Virus record (IMG/VR): IMGVR_UViG_3300020190_000042
Location: 1 to 64,000 of that record
Source of the DNA: a virus
Length of the DNA stretch: 64,000 bases
Reading direction: 5' to 3' (one strand)
Shown here: positions 63,930 to 64,000 of the stretch, piece after piece
Layout of the letters: the number at the start of each line of letters is the position of its first letter
How positions within the stretch are numbered: position 1 is the stretch's first letter
Translations under genes and position numbers: made by a program
The notes under the pieces: generated by a model
Told to the model about the DNA's origin: nothing
The model's database searches: none
Seen by the model: the letters and a program-made list of their open reading frames with translations, nothing else

Positions 63930-64000
63930 ATGCAGTCAACCACACGCTTTTTTCACGCTCACAGCAGCGTCCTTTATCCGATCAAACGTCAAACAACGGG
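63930..64000 (+). CDS. Partial ORF (3'-truncated)
   Basis: ATG 3 nt after the GT4 stop, open to the window end. Confidence 0.5.
   Translation, partial: MQSTTRFFHAHSSVLYPIKRQTT

Overview
This window is about 64 kb of a tailed dsDNA phage genome, most likely a cyanophage. The evidence is two NblA-like genes, ThyX, SpeD, Dps-like and cyanophage-type tail-fibre genes. Gene content recalls the S-EIV1-like freshwater lineage, but that is recollection, not a search result. Layout: (1) 1-5.5 kb, A/C-rich + strand array of tiny early genes punctuated by five copies of a hairpin repeat; (2) 5.5-12.3 kb, a MoxR/RavA-type AAA plus VWA module; (3) 12.4-23.5 kb, replication (PolA, double-OB SSB-like protein, PD-(D/E)xK exonuclease, D5-type primase-helicase); (4) 23.6-30.5 kb, ThyX, lysis, HNH, SpeD, exostosin-like GT47; (5) 30.5-37.5 kb, tail fibres interrupted by a tyrosine recombinase; (6) 37.6-45.4 kb, regulators, a degenerate methylase, virion lysozyme, Dps; (7) 45.4-64 kb, mostly minus-strand morphogenesis (MCP, scaffold, portal, terminase) interleaved with glycosyltransferases. 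Best candidates for novelty: (a) a putative virion O-glycosylation system, with four glycosyltransferases plus strong Ser-Gly enrichment in predicted surface proteins; (b) a recurrent R-[LIMF]-A-G motif in unrelated small minus-strand proteins, possibly a capsid-targeting or processing tag; (c) early-region repeats that form GNA/GNNA DNA mini-hairpins on the template strand, like N4 hairpin promoters; (d) two methyltransferases and three HNH-like proteins that have lost canonical catalytic residues. All functional calls come from manual motif reading, and all counts are manual.
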